Below are positions 36,375-45,220 of a stretch of 64,000 nt of DNA, piece after piece (the stretch's first letter is position 1; each line of letters begins with the position of its first letter). Below the pieces are notes generated by a model. It had not been told where the DNA came from. It saw nothing but the letters and a program-made list of their open reading frames with translations, and ran no database searches. A program made the position numbers and the translations under genes. The DNA comes from an uncultured Eubacteriales bacterium (GTDB taxonomy: Bacteria > Bacillota > Clostridia > Christensenellales > CALVMC01): the NCBI GenBank assembly GCA_949296455.1, contig CASFOZ010000001.1, positions 127,535 through 191,534 on the forward strand. The letters are read 5' to 3'.

Positions 36375-37667
36375 TCAGATAATATCGCTTCCGTCAAGAA
36401 GTTTTATATCGTCGTCTTTGCCCTCTTCTATGTATTCGACTTTACTTAATTTCTTTTGTATCACATTTGTTCTGTCACTTGCTTTTTTTATTGTTTCGGT
36501 AACCTCTTCCGCTTTTGTCTGAGTCCTCGAAAGCAAATCGGCAAACTTATAAAACTCTCTTTTGAATATCCCGAGAAGCTGCCATATTTCCGAACTTCTC
36601 TTTTCTATCGCCAAAGTTTTAAAGCCCATTTGTAAACTGTTCAAAAAGGCACCGAGAGTAGTAGGTCCGCATATCATTATTCTGTACTTACTTTGTATCT
36701 CTTCTAAAAGTCCGCTTCTTTTCGCTATCTCGGCATATAACCCTTCTACCGGAAGATACAGTACCCCGAAATCGGTAGTCTTGGGCGGCGCTATGTATTT
36801 TTCTTTAATCTTCTTCGCTTCTTCCTTTATTCTTCTTTCGAGATTTTTAGACGCCACTTCGCACGCAAATCCGTCGCCCTTTTCCGATGCGTCAACAAGC
36901 CTTTGATAATCTTCGAGAGGAAATTTACTGTCTATCGGAAGAAGAATCTTGCCGTTGTCTTTCCCGGGAAGTATTAAAGCAAAGTCAACCTGCTCCTTGC
37001 CTTCGACTTGCGGAAATTTTACGAACTGCTCTTCTACAAGAATCTGTTTAAGTAAATTTTCCAAAGCCACTTCGCCCCAAACTCCCCTTGTTTTTACATT
37101 GGAAAATACCTTCTTAATATCCGCCACCGAACTTGCAAGGCTCTGTATTTCGCCGAATCCTTTCTGTACTGCGTCGATTCTTTCCCCTATCAGACTGAAC
37201 GAACGGTTCAATCTTGTTTCAAGGGTTTCGGAAAGTTTTTCGTCGACGGTAAGTCTCATTTTTTCAAGTTGTTTTTCGTTGTCGCTTCTGACCTCGGTTA
37301 GATTTAAGGATACTTCTTTTCCGAGTTTTTCTATTTTGCTTTCCACGGTTTTTACAAGCTCGTCCACCCTTCTTTCTATATTCTCGAAGTTGCTGCGCTC
37401 TAACTGCGTTATGTTCATTATGTTTCTGTTTATGCTTTCGGCAAATACATTGAGTCCGTTCTGCTGTATTCTGTTGTAGAGAATATCCGAGTTTTTTCTC
37501 TCTTCTTCACGAAAACTGTCTTTTATCTCTTCAACGGCTCCGTGCAGAAGTTCGCCGTCAAGACCGCCTTTTTCAATGTTAAGTTTTCTTATTTTATAAA
37601 TACAATAACAAAGTCCGATTAATGTAAGTACACATATTACCGTTACGGCTATCAACAGTATATCCAT
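36375..37667 (-). CDS. rmuC: DNA recombination protein RmuC
   Basis: N-terminal TM, long coiled-coil, C-terminal RmuC nuclease-like domain (DFALILPG...LPIDSKFPLEDY). Confidence 0.85.
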   Translation of the reverse strand: MDILLIAVTVICVLTLIGLCYCIYKIRKLNIEKGGLDGELLHGAVEEIKDSFREEERKNSDILYNRIQQNGLNVFAESINRNIMNITQLERSNFENIERRVDELVKTVESKIEKLGKEVSLNLTEVRSDNEKQLEKMRLTVDEKLSETLETRLNRSFSLIGERIDAVQKGFGEIQSLASSVADIKKVFSNVKTRGVWGEVALENLLKQILVEEQFVKFPQVEGKEQVDFALILPGKDNGKILLPIDSKFPLEDYQRLVDASEKGDGFACEVASKNLERRIKEEAKKIKEKYIAPPKTTDFGVLYLPVEGLYAEIAKRSGLLEEIQSKYRIMICGPTTLGAFLNSLQMGFKTLAIEKRSSEIWQLLGIFKREFYKFADLLSRTQTKAEEVTETIKKASDRTNVIQKKLSKVEYIEEGKDDDIKLLDGSDII

Positions 37668-37771
37668 TTTATTTCCTCCTTTGCTTTTTCATTGTTAGAT
37701 AAAGTAACGCTTTCTTATAAATTTTCGTCTAAAACACGCAATATCTGTTTGCTGTTTAATTCATTTTGCCT

Positions 37772-39145
37772 TTATAGTCCGAAATCAAAAGTCAAAATTT
37801 CGTTTTTGTTTTTCTCTAAAAGTTCAAGACACTCTTTTTTAGTATATCTTTTCATTTTAACTGCCCCGTTATACAAAAGAAAATCCAAGGCTTTTTTTAT
37901 TTCATTTCCTTTATATCCTAAGTTCAATAAATTTTCGCCGTTTACGGGCAGTTCTCTTACCGTCATGGGAATATCCTTTTTCTTGATTGCCTCATATTGA
38001 TTTTCAATTACCTGTGCACCCAAGGCGTTATTATAAGGTTCTTTTTTTGCGGCGGCGTCGCATTCCATAAGTTTTACGAGTTTGTCTATTATGTTTTTAT
38101 GTTTGCATATAAATATTCTGACATACTCTTCTTTTTCGTTGCACTTTATATCGAATTCGTGACAAGATATCAATTCGCAAACTTCCTTTCTTTCTTTCGA
38201 CGAAAAACCCGTTCTTTTAAGTATTTCGTCTGCAAGCTGCGCACTTAATTCTGCATGACCTGAGCACTTGAAATATTTTTTTATCTTATCGGGCTTCCCT
38301 ATATCGTGAAGAAGAGCAGGCAGCCTGACTTCGCTGTCTGAATATTTAAAAGCATACAGACTGTGCTCGTAGACATCGTAGCAGTGAAAATTTTTATTCT
38401 GACCTATGCCTTTGCAATCGGTAAGTTCGGGTAATATATATGAAAGCACCCCTATTTCATCGGCAAATCTTATTGCGCTGTAATGCGCAAAGGGTATTTT
38501 TGCGTACAGTTTATCAAGATTAATAAGATATTTTAATTCCTGTCCTATTCTTTCCTTTGCTATTTCTTTTATTTTAAAAGCGCATTTTTTTGCCGAAAGA
38601 ATAACTTTGTCGCTTGCTTTGTAGTTTAACCCTTCTTTAAATCTTACAAGTCTTAAAAGTCTTAATCCGTCTTCGGAAAATGTTTGCATTGCATTTTTAG
38701 GGGTGTTTAATATTTTATTTTTCAAATCTTCGACTCCGCCGACAGGGTCTTCTATTTTATTTTCAAGAATATCGTAGTAAATTGCGTTAACGGTAAAATC
38801 ACGGCGTAAAGCGTCTGTGTTTATATCTTCGGTAAAAGAGGTATCGCAAGGTCTGTGCTTTCCGCTCATATCGTAACTGTCGGTTCTGAACGAAGTAAAT
38901 TCGTATTTTTCTTTTCCTTTGCTTACGGAAATTGTTCTGAATTTAGGACTTTCCGCCGTTACTTTAAAATCTTCCGCACAATCTTTAATTATCCTTTCGG
39001 AAAAAGCGCCTGTTATGTCTATATCTTCGGTTTCTCTTCCTTCCAATCCGTCACGGACTGCGCCGCCTACAATATATAACTTTTTATTGCAGGTTTTATA
39101 TATTTTTTCGGCAAGGATTTTTAAATTTTCACTGATTTTAATCAA
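37772..39145 (-). CDS. cca: CCA-adding tRNA nucleotidyltransferase (PolyA-pol family with HD domain)
   Basis: LYIVGGAVRDGLEGRETEDIDI and RRDFTVNA motifs, with LLHDIGKP of the HD domain. TTG start after AAGGAG. Confidence 0.8.
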   Translation of the reverse strand: MIKISENLKILAEKIYKTCNKKLYIVGGAVRDGLEGRETEDIDITGAFSERIIKDCAEDFKVTAESPKFRTISVSKGKEKYEFTSFRTDSYDMSGKHRPCDTSFTEDINTDALRRDFTVNAIYYDILENKIEDPVGGVEDLKNKILNTPKNAMQTFSEDGLRLLRLVRFKEGLNYKASDKVILSAKKCAFKIKEIAKERIGQELKYLINLDKLYAKIPFAHYSAIRFADEIGVLSYILPELTDCKGIGQNKNFHCYDVYEHSLYAFKYSDSEVRLPALLHDIGKPDKIKKYFKCSGHAELSAQLADEILKRTGFSSKERKEVCELISCHEFDIKCNEKEEYVRIFICKHKNIIDKLVKLMECDAAAKKEPYNNALGAQVIENQYEAIKKKDIPMTVRELPVNGENLLNLGYKGNEIKKALDFLLYNGAVKMKRYTKKECLELLEKNKNEILTFDFGL

Positions 39146-39198
39146 CAGTTTTCTCCTTCATTCTAAAATAAATTTGAAATCTGATTTTACAAAAAACA

Positions 39199-40494
39199 TT
39201 ACTCGTTTTCGGACTCGTCAAAGCCGAATACAAATGTATACGGATCGCCTTTTTTCTCGTCCTTAATAAGAGCGGATATCTCCACGGAACAAATTGCAAG
39301 TATTTCGTTTTTCGAAGCTATCAAAGGAAGCCGGTCTCTTTGCCTTACGGGAAATTTTATATCGGTCAGATAGTCGTTCAGTTTTTTGCTGCCGCCGCCG
39401 AATTTTCTGAAAATATCGCCCTCTCTTCTGTTTCTTATAACTGCGTCTTTGGGTATTTTGTCTATATCGAAACGGATTTTATCGCCTTCTTTGTATTTTC
39501 TTACAAGTACTCTTTCTCCGTTTTCAATTTCAGTTATTCCTGTTTTGAACGGTTTTGAAAACGGTTGTGTTTTTATTTCTCTGTAAAGCACTATATATCC
39601 GTTTTCCACTACGGCGGTTATTCCGAAAGGCATTGAAAGTTTGTTTGCGTTATCCTTTTTAAGATTCAATATACTTTCGATATGTTTTTGTTCTATATCT
39701 TTATATATTCCGAGTTTTTCAAAAGCCCTTAATATATTTCTCGAACAAACAGCCCTCGGCCCCGTCAGTTCGTCAAAAGAAATGTAAACGGCGCCGTTCT
39801 TTTCCCTTCCGCCCGTTACGAAGCCGTCGATAAACTCTTCGTCGTATCTTGCGCTTTTGGACAGCCTCAAAAGAGAACTTTCCACATCGGGAAATCTGCT
39901 TTTAATAAGCGGCATAAGTTCGTTTCTTATAAAATTTCTTGTGAATGTATTATCGAAATTAGAGCTGTCGGTAATATAAGGAACCTTCTTCTCTTTTACA
40001 TATTCTTCTATTTCTTCTTTCGATACCGTAAGAAAAGGTCTTACGAAAATATCCCTTTTTAATTCTATCCCTTTAAGCCCGGAAGAAGCCGTCCCTCTGA
40101 AAATTCTCATAAGAAGGGTTTCAGCGTTGTCGAGTTCGTGATGAGCCGTTGCTATTACGTCGCATATTCCTTCAGAAACAAGACTGTAAAAAACAGAAAG
40201 ACGAAAATTTCTTGCCGCAAGTTCTATGCTTTCGGATTTTTCTTTCGCCAATTCTTTTACATTTCCCCTTTCGACAAAACACGGAATATTGTTTTCCGAA
40301 CAGTACTCTTTTACGAAATTTTCGTCACGGTCGCTTTCTGCGCCTCTAAGATTATGGTTTATATGAACGGCAACGGTATCTATTCCGCTTTCTGTCAGAA
40401 AATGCAAAAGCGCCATCGAATCCATACCGCCGCTTACCGCAACGCCTACCTTTTTAAAGCCCGAAAGCAATTTTAAATCAGCATTATCCAACAT
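39199..40494 (-). CDS. tilS: tRNA(Ile)-lysidine synthase
   Basis: PP-loop VAVSGGMDSMALLHFL, with a C-terminal TilS domain. Confidence 0.85.
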   Translation of the reverse strand: MLDNADLKLLSGFKKVGVAVSGGMDSMALLHFLTESGIDTVAVHINHNLRGAESDRDENFVKEYCSENNIPCFVERGNVKELAKEKSESIELAARNFRLSVFYSLVSEGICDVIATAHHELDNAETLLMRIFRGTASSGLKGIELKRDIFVRPFLTVSKEEIEEYVKEKKVPYITDSSNFDNTFTRNFIRNELMPLIKSRFPDVESSLLRLSKSARYDEEFIDGFVTGGREKNGAVYISFDELTGPRAVCSRNILRAFEKLGIYKDIEQKHIESILNLKKDNANKLSMPFGITAVVENGYIVLYREIKTQPFSKPFKTGITEIENGERVLVRKYKEGDKIRFDIDKIPKDAVIRNRREGDIFRKFGGGSKKLNDYLTDIKFPVRQRDRLPLIASKNEILAICSVEISALIKDEKKGDPYTFVFGFDESENE

Positions 40495-40601
40495 AATTAT
40501 CCTTCTGTTTTTCGGATTCTACTTCTTTCCGATTAATTTGATATCAGTAATTAAATTGATTGCGCCTTCCTAACTTGTTTTATTTGTAAATACAAGTTGC
40601 T

Positions 40602-42056
40602 TTAATTTTTTACGGCATTTTCTAGAAGTTTTTTGGAAAACGCAAGTCTTTTCAAACTTTCTTCTTTTCCCAATATATTGCACATTTCAACGCCGCCGCC
40701 CGGCGTAGACTGCTTGCCGGTAACGGCAAGTCTTAAAGTCAGATAGACCTGTCCTTTTTTTGCCTCGGCTTTCTCGGCTATTTTTTCTACCGCACTTTGA
40801 AGCTTTTCTTCGTTAAAGCTGTCAAGTTTTCTTAATTCTCGTTCAGCTTCTTCGACAATTTTTAAAGAAAGCGCTTTGTCGCATTTCATTTTCTTGTTAT
40901 CGAACCACTCGGGGTCATAGCTTCCGAACTCTTCGAGAAAATTTACCTTTTCTTCTATTTCGCCAAAAAGCGATATCCTTGTTATTAGAAGTTTTGCAAG
41001 TTCGGTATAATCATACTTTCCCTTTATTTTGCTTCTTTCAAAATAGGAAATTCCTCTTTTAACGAACTCTTCGGGCGTAAGCTTTTTAATGTATTCGCCG
41101 TTCATCCATTTCATTTTCTCTTCGTCGAATATACTCGGCGAATGACTTATTCCGTCAACGGAAAAATGTTCGATAAGTTCCTGCATGTTCATAATTTCAA
41201 CATTGTTTTTAGGACTCCAACCCAAAAGAGCAATATAGTTTACTATTGCCTCGGGAAGATATCCTTTTTCGAGAAAATCTTCGAAGTTGGCGTCTCCGTA
41301 TCTCTTCGATAATTTTCTGTTAGCGTCTTTCATTATGGGCGGCAAATGAATGTATTTAGGTCTTTCCCACCCGAATGCGTCATAAATCAAATTGTATTTA
41401 GGCGTGCTTGACAAATATTCCATACCCCTTATTACATGGGTAATTCCCATAGTGTGGTCGTCAATTACATTTGCAAAGTTATATGTCGGCATAAGGTCGC
41501 TTTTTATTAGAATATTATCTTCCATATCTTCGTTTTTAACGCTGATATGACCGAATACCATATCGTCGTAACTGCTCTCTCCTTTTTGCGGAATATTCTG
41601 TCTTATAACAAATTTTTCACCTTTCGAAAGCCTTTCTTTAACTTCTTTTTCGGAAAGAGACAAACAATGCTTATCGTACTTTCTGTTTCCGTTTTCGTCG
41701 GTAAGAGATTCCAGCCTTTCTTTTGAACAGAAACAATAATAAGCGCCCCCTTTTTTGACAAGTTCTTTTGCGTATTCCAGATACATTTCCTTTCTTTGGC
41801 TTTGAATATACGGGCCGAAATTTCCGCCGACATCGGGTCCCTCGTCGTGTTTGATTCCCGCCGTTTCCAAAGTACGGTAAATTAAATCAACCGCACCTTC
41901 AACATACCTTTCCCTATCGGTATCTTCTATTCTTAAAATAAAGGTTCCGTTTTCTTTCTTTGCAAACAGATAAGCATAAAGGCAGGTTCTTAAATTTCCT
42001 ATATGCATAAATCCCGTAGGACTCGGGGCAAATCTCGTTCTGACTTTACCGTTCAT
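40602..42056 (-). CDS. gltX: glutamyl-tRNA synthetase
   Basis: RTRFAPSPTGFMHIGNLRT (HIGH) and KLSKR. Confidence 0.95.
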   Translation of the reverse strand: MNGKVRTRFAPSPTGFMHIGNLRTCLYAYLFAKKENGTFILRIEDTDRERYVEGAVDLIYRTLETAGIKHDEGPDVGGNFGPYIQSQRKEMYLEYAKELVKKGGAYYCFCSKERLESLTDENGNRKYDKHCLSLSEKEVKERLSKGEKFVIRQNIPQKGESSYDDMVFGHISVKNEDMEDNILIKSDLMPTYNFANVIDDHTMGITHVIRGMEYLSSTPKYNLIYDAFGWERPKYIHLPPIMKDANRKLSKRYGDANFEDFLEKGYLPEAIVNYIALLGWSPKNNVEIMNMQELIEHFSVDGISHSPSIFDEEKMKWMNGEYIKKLTPEEFVKRGISYFERSKIKGKYDYTELAKLLITRISLFGEIEEKVNFLEEFGSYDPEWFDNKKMKCDKALSLKIVEEAERELRKLDSFNEEKLQSAVEKIAEKAEAKKGQVYLTLRLAVTGKQSTPGGGVEMCNILGKEESLKRLAFSKKLLENAVKN

Positions 42057-42167
42057 AATAACTCCTTGAATTAGGACTTTGTCCGATTTAGTATTTAATT
42101 TTTAACATTTTTTAACAATTTTTAATAATATTTTAACATATTTTATTAAGAATAACTATTGAATATA

Positions 42168-42201
42168 TAAAAAAATACCGCTTAATTTGTTGCGGTATTT
42201 T
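42168..42201 (-). terminator. rho-independent terminator downstream of the XRE gene
   Basis: AAATACCGC-ttaatttgtt-GCGGTATTT, with a T-run on the minus strand. Confidence 0.7.
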
Positions 42202-42222
42202 AACTCAAAAAATATTTTTTTG

Positions 42223-42540
42223 TTAGTTTTCGCTTTTTTCCATTTTTTTCAGAAATTCAATGAGTGCGTCCTGCTGTTTTAAATCAAGAGCCTCGAAAGC
42301 CTTTAAAAGTTCTTTTTGTTTTTCCGTGAGTTCCGCCGTAACGCCGTCGTCGGAAAAAAATTGCGAACAGGTTATTCCGAATGCGTCGCATATTGCAATA
42401 AGAGAACTCAAAGTCGGAACTGCGCTTTTTCTGAACCAGGAAGAAATGGTAGACTGGGGAATACCCGATTCCAAACTGAGTTTGTATTCGGACCAGCCCT
42501 TTTTCTTCCTGAGTTCAAATATTCTTTCTAAAATATCCAT
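42223..42540 (-). CDS. XRE-family helix-turn-helix transcriptional regulator
   Basis: LRKKKGWSEYKLSLESGIPQSTISSWFRKSAVPTLSSLIAICDAFGI is a Cro/C1-type HTH. Confidence 0.8.
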   Translation of the reverse strand: MDILERIFELRKKKGWSEYKLSLESGIPQSTISSWFRKSAVPTLSSLIAICDAFGITCSQFFSDDGVTAELTEKQKELLKAFEALDLKQQDALIEFLKKMEKSEN

Positions 42541-42621
42541 TTTTTCTTCCTTTATATTAATATTAATATTAATATGTTTAAATAGCGGTGATTTTCTTTA
42601 ATATCTCTTTTATTATGCTTT

Positions 42622-42682
42622 ATCGTATATTTTATACGATATATATTGACAATTAATTAATTATTTCGTATAATATTTACGA
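42622..42682 (+). promoter_or_regulatory. consensus promoter (TTGACA-17-TATAAT) flanked and overlapped by TCGTATA/TATACGA inverted repeats
   Basis: Perfect palindrome ATCGTATA-ttt-TATACGAT at 42622-42640. TTGACA 42646-42651 and TATAAT 42669-42674. Second imperfect palindrome TCGTAtaatattTACGA at 42666-42682, overlapping the -10. Confidence 0.55.
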
Positions 42683-42707
42683 TATATCATTATAAAAGGA
42701 GAAAATC

Positions 42708-43064
42708 ATGAACGAACAAAACATTAACAGTTTTTTATCGACACATTCGAAATATTTCCCGCAGGAAAAAATTATTGCCGTCAAAGACGCACTTTCCAAA
42801 TGTTCCGACGATAAACTTACCTTGATATTATCCGAAAAATATCTGAGCAGCGGAGCAATGACTGCGCTTTCCTTCTTTTTAGGGGGTTTGGGAATAGACA
42901 GATTCGTGCTTAAAGACACCGGTATCGGATTGCTTAAATTTTTTACAGGCGGTTGCTGTGGCTTGCTTTGGCTGATAGATTTATTTATTATCGGCAAAAA
43001 AACCAAAGAAAAAAACTTTGAAACATTCTGCAAGGCAATTTCGTTTGCTTCTGTACTGCAATAA
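42708..43064 (+). CDS. TM2-domain membrane protein
   Basis: ALSFFLGGLGIDRFVLKDTGIGLLKFFTGGCCGLLWLIDLF matches the TM2 pattern (GxxGxHRFY..G...G..KL). AAAGGAG RBS. Confidence 0.75.
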   Translation: MNEQNINSFLSTHSKYFPQEKIIAVKDALSKCSDDKLTLILSEKYLSSGAMTALSFFLGGLGIDRFVLKDTGIGLLKFFTGGCCGLLWLIDLFIIGKKTKEKNFETFCKAISFASVLQ

Positions 43065-43074
43065 AGCAAGATTG

Positions 43075-43416
43075 ACTTTTGCGGGGGTTGGGAGAAGAAC
43101 TGTTTGCTTTCTTCTCCTTATTCTTTTAATCCTTGTTCTGAAAGACTTTGATATTCATTGTATTTTTAAATATATCACGGGTGTACCTTGTCCTACTTGT
43201 TATATGACAAGAGCATTGCTTTGTCTGCTTTGTTTTGACGGAAAAGGTTATATAAAATACAACATTTTTGCGTTTCCTTTTTTCTGCATTTTTGCCCTTT
43301 TGTTTTTCAGACCGAATTATTTAAAAAACAAAATCTTTTTTTTATTGTGTTTGACTTTACTTCTTTCTAATTTTATTTATTATATTTTAAGACTATTTTG
43401 TTTTTTTAGAATATAG
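43075..43416 (+). CDS. DUF2752-like membrane protein (start uncertain; TTG at 43075 or TTG at 43018)
   Basis: GVPCPTCYMTRALLCLL resembles the DUF2752 CPxCGxTRA motif, followed by hydrophobic segments. No ATG start is available. Confidence 0.5.
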   Translation, partial: TFAGVGRRTVCFLLLILLILVLKDFDIHCIFKYITGVPCPTCYMTRALLCLLCFDGKGYIKYNIFAFPFFCIFALLFFRPNYLKNKIFFLLCLTLLLSNFIYYILRLFCFFRI

Positions 43417-43563
43417 AAATTTAAAACGGTATTTTTTATAATTACCTTATATACAATAATAATAAAAAATTTTTTCAAAATAACAAAGGTGAAAATTTTA
43501 ATTTTGTGTAGCATTTTACAGGTATTTTGGTATAATATATTGTATTGACCGAGGTGAAATAGT

Positions 43564-44844
43564 ATGGATTATTTTGATACAGCCGTAAAAAAGACTATGG
43601 AATTTCTTGCCGTTGACAGCGTGCAAAAAGAGCCTTGCGCACAAAGTCCTTTCGGTATAGGCGTTGCAAAATGTTTATCTATGGCGGAAGATATTGCAAA
43701 GGAAAATCTTTTCAGAACCTTCAATAACGGATATTATGTATGGGCGGAAAAAGGCGAAGGGGAACTTTTCGGAATTTTAGGTCATCTCGATACCGTACCT
43801 TTCGAAGGCAATTGGACGGCTAATCCCCTCGGAGAAATAAAGGACGATTATATATACGGAAGAGGGGTACTCGACGATAAAGGTCCTATGATTGCCTCTT
43901 TTTATGCTTTTTGCGAACTTCTGTCGCAAGGACTAGTGCCTAAAAAAAGAGTCCGCTTTATCTTCGGCGGCAACGAAGAAAGCGGCTGGAAATGTATGGA
44001 AAAATACTGCGAATGCGACGAAGTTCCTTTAAAGGGAATATCACCCGACGGAGATTTTCCGGTAATAAACTGCGAAAAAGGCGTTGCACATTTAAAAGCG
44101 GAAATCAAAAAGCCCGCAACCCTTATATCAATAAAAGGCGGAGTCAGAGTAAATATCGTTATGGACGAATGCCATGCAAAGGTTAAAGCCCGTCTTAAAG
44201 AAAGAGACCTCGAAGACTTTAAAGTAAAATATCAAGACGGATATACCCTAATAACGGCAAAGGGAAAACCTGCACACGGCTCCACTCCCGATATAGGCGA
44301 CAACGCCTGTCATAAAATATTAAAATTTCTTGCCAAAGAACTTAAAGGGGAATATAAAACACTCGAACAGCTGTTATGCCATACCGACGGCAAATCTCTC
44401 GGTATCGCTTTCAAAGACGGAAGCGGTACCCTTACCTTCAATTTGGGAACAATCGAAAGCAACGACAAAAGCATTATGGCCGGCATAGATATAAGACATC
44501 CTATAAGTATCGAAAGAAAGGTTATAGAAGAAATTTTAAAATCTTCGCCGTATATAGACAGTATTGAAACATTAAATTTCCACGACCCTCATTTTGTTTC
44601 GCCGCAATCCAAACTGGTTACGGAATTATTGAAAGCATATAACGATGTATGCCTTGAAAAGGCAAAGCCGATAAGTATAGGCGGCGCAACCTACGCAAGA
44701 GTAATGAAAGAGGGCGTGGCTTTCGGTCCAATATTTCCCGGAGAAGAAAGTACGATTCACCAAAAGGACGAAAGGGTTTCTTTGATATTATTCAGAAAAA
44801 TGTACGATATATATAAGCAGGCTTTTAAAAATCTTTTATTTTAA
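43564..44844 (+). CDS. M20-family dipeptidase (PepV/Sapep-like)
   Basis: GILGHLDTVPFEGNWTANPLGEIKDDYIYGRGVLDDKGP and FGGNEESGWKCMEKY. Confidence 0.8.
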   Translation: MDYFDTAVKKTMEFLAVDSVQKEPCAQSPFGIGVAKCLSMAEDIAKENLFRTFNNGYYVWAEKGEGELFGILGHLDTVPFEGNWTANPLGEIKDDYIYGRGVLDDKGPMIASFYAFCELLSQGLVPKKRVRFIFGGNEESGWKCMEKYCECDEVPLKGISPDGDFPVINCEKGVAHLKAEIKKPATLISIKGGVRVNIVMDECHAKVKARLKERDLEDFKVKYQDGYTLITAKGKPAHGSTPDIGDNACHKILKFLAKELKGEYKTLEQLLCHTDGKSLGIAFKDGSGTLTFNLGTIESNDKSIMAGIDIRHPISIERKVIEEILKSSPYIDSIETLNFHDPHFVSPQSKLVTELLKAYNDVCLEKAKPISIGGATYARVMKEGVAFGPIFPGEESTIHQKDERVSLILFRKMYDIYKQAFKNLLF

Positions 44845-44909
44845 TCGGTAAACCTTATATGCCGTCAAAAGATAAATAATGCGGTTATTAACGGCTTTAT
44901 AAACAGACT

Positions 44910-44937
44910 AAAAGACTTTTATAAAAGTCTTTTTTAT
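44910..44937 (+). terminator. rho-independent terminator after the dipeptidase gene
   Basis: AAAAGACTTTT-ata-AAAAGTCTTTT followed by TT. Confidence 0.7.
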
Positions 44938-45020
44938 TATTAATTTAAAGTCTTTTTTATTATAAGTTAAGATTTTATCCCGAAATACACAACGATATCC
45001 ACAATGCCGCTTTTAATAAA

Positions 45021-45035
45021 CCGTGCGTTTTACGG
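45021..45035 (-). repeat. GC-rich intergenic repeat, copy 3 (reverse orientation core CCGTGCGTTTTACGG)
   Basis: The reverse complement reads CCGTAAAACGCACGG. Confidence 0.6.
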
Positions 45036-45046
45036 TATTAAATATA

Positions 45047-45081
45047 TTAAACGACGGTTTACCGTGCGTTTTGTGGGGGTA
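45047..45081 (-). repeat. GC-rich intergenic repeat, copy 4 (reverse orientation)
   Basis: The reverse complement reads TACCCCCACAAAACGCACGGTAAACCGTCGTTTAA, compared with copy 1 TACCCCCGTAAAACGCACGATTTGCCTTCGTTTAA. Confidence 0.7.
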
Positions 45082-45149
45082 ATATAAAATTTACGACTTT
45101 TTCTTTTACAAAATATTTTTAAAAGCCGTATTCTAAACAAGATATTAAA

Positions 45150-45180
45150 AAAATAAAAACGGAATAAATTCCGTTTTTAT
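45150..45180 (-). terminator. rho-independent terminator downstream of alaS
   Basis: AAAAACGGAA-taaa-TTCCGTTTTT, with a T-run on the minus strand. Confidence 0.7.
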
Positions 45181-45188
45181 CGATTAGT

Positions 45189-45202
45189 CCCGTCAAACGC
45201 AG
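45189..45202 (+). repeat. GC-rich intergenic repeat, copy 5 (core CCCGTCAAACGCAG)
   Basis: Located between the alaS stop codon and its terminator. Confidence 0.55.
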
Positions 45203-45220
45203 AGTATAACGCCGTTTTCT

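Noticed and set aside
42677-43069. 130-aa minus-strand ORF fully overlapping the TM2-domain gene.
   Set aside because: The plus-strand frame has an RBS, a consensus promoter and a recognisable TM2 motif. The antisense frame has none of these.
44995-45003. Isolated DnaA-box-like 9-mer aTATCCACA near repeat copy 3.
   Set aside because: A single 8/9 match is expected by chance in 64 kb, and it is not clustered.
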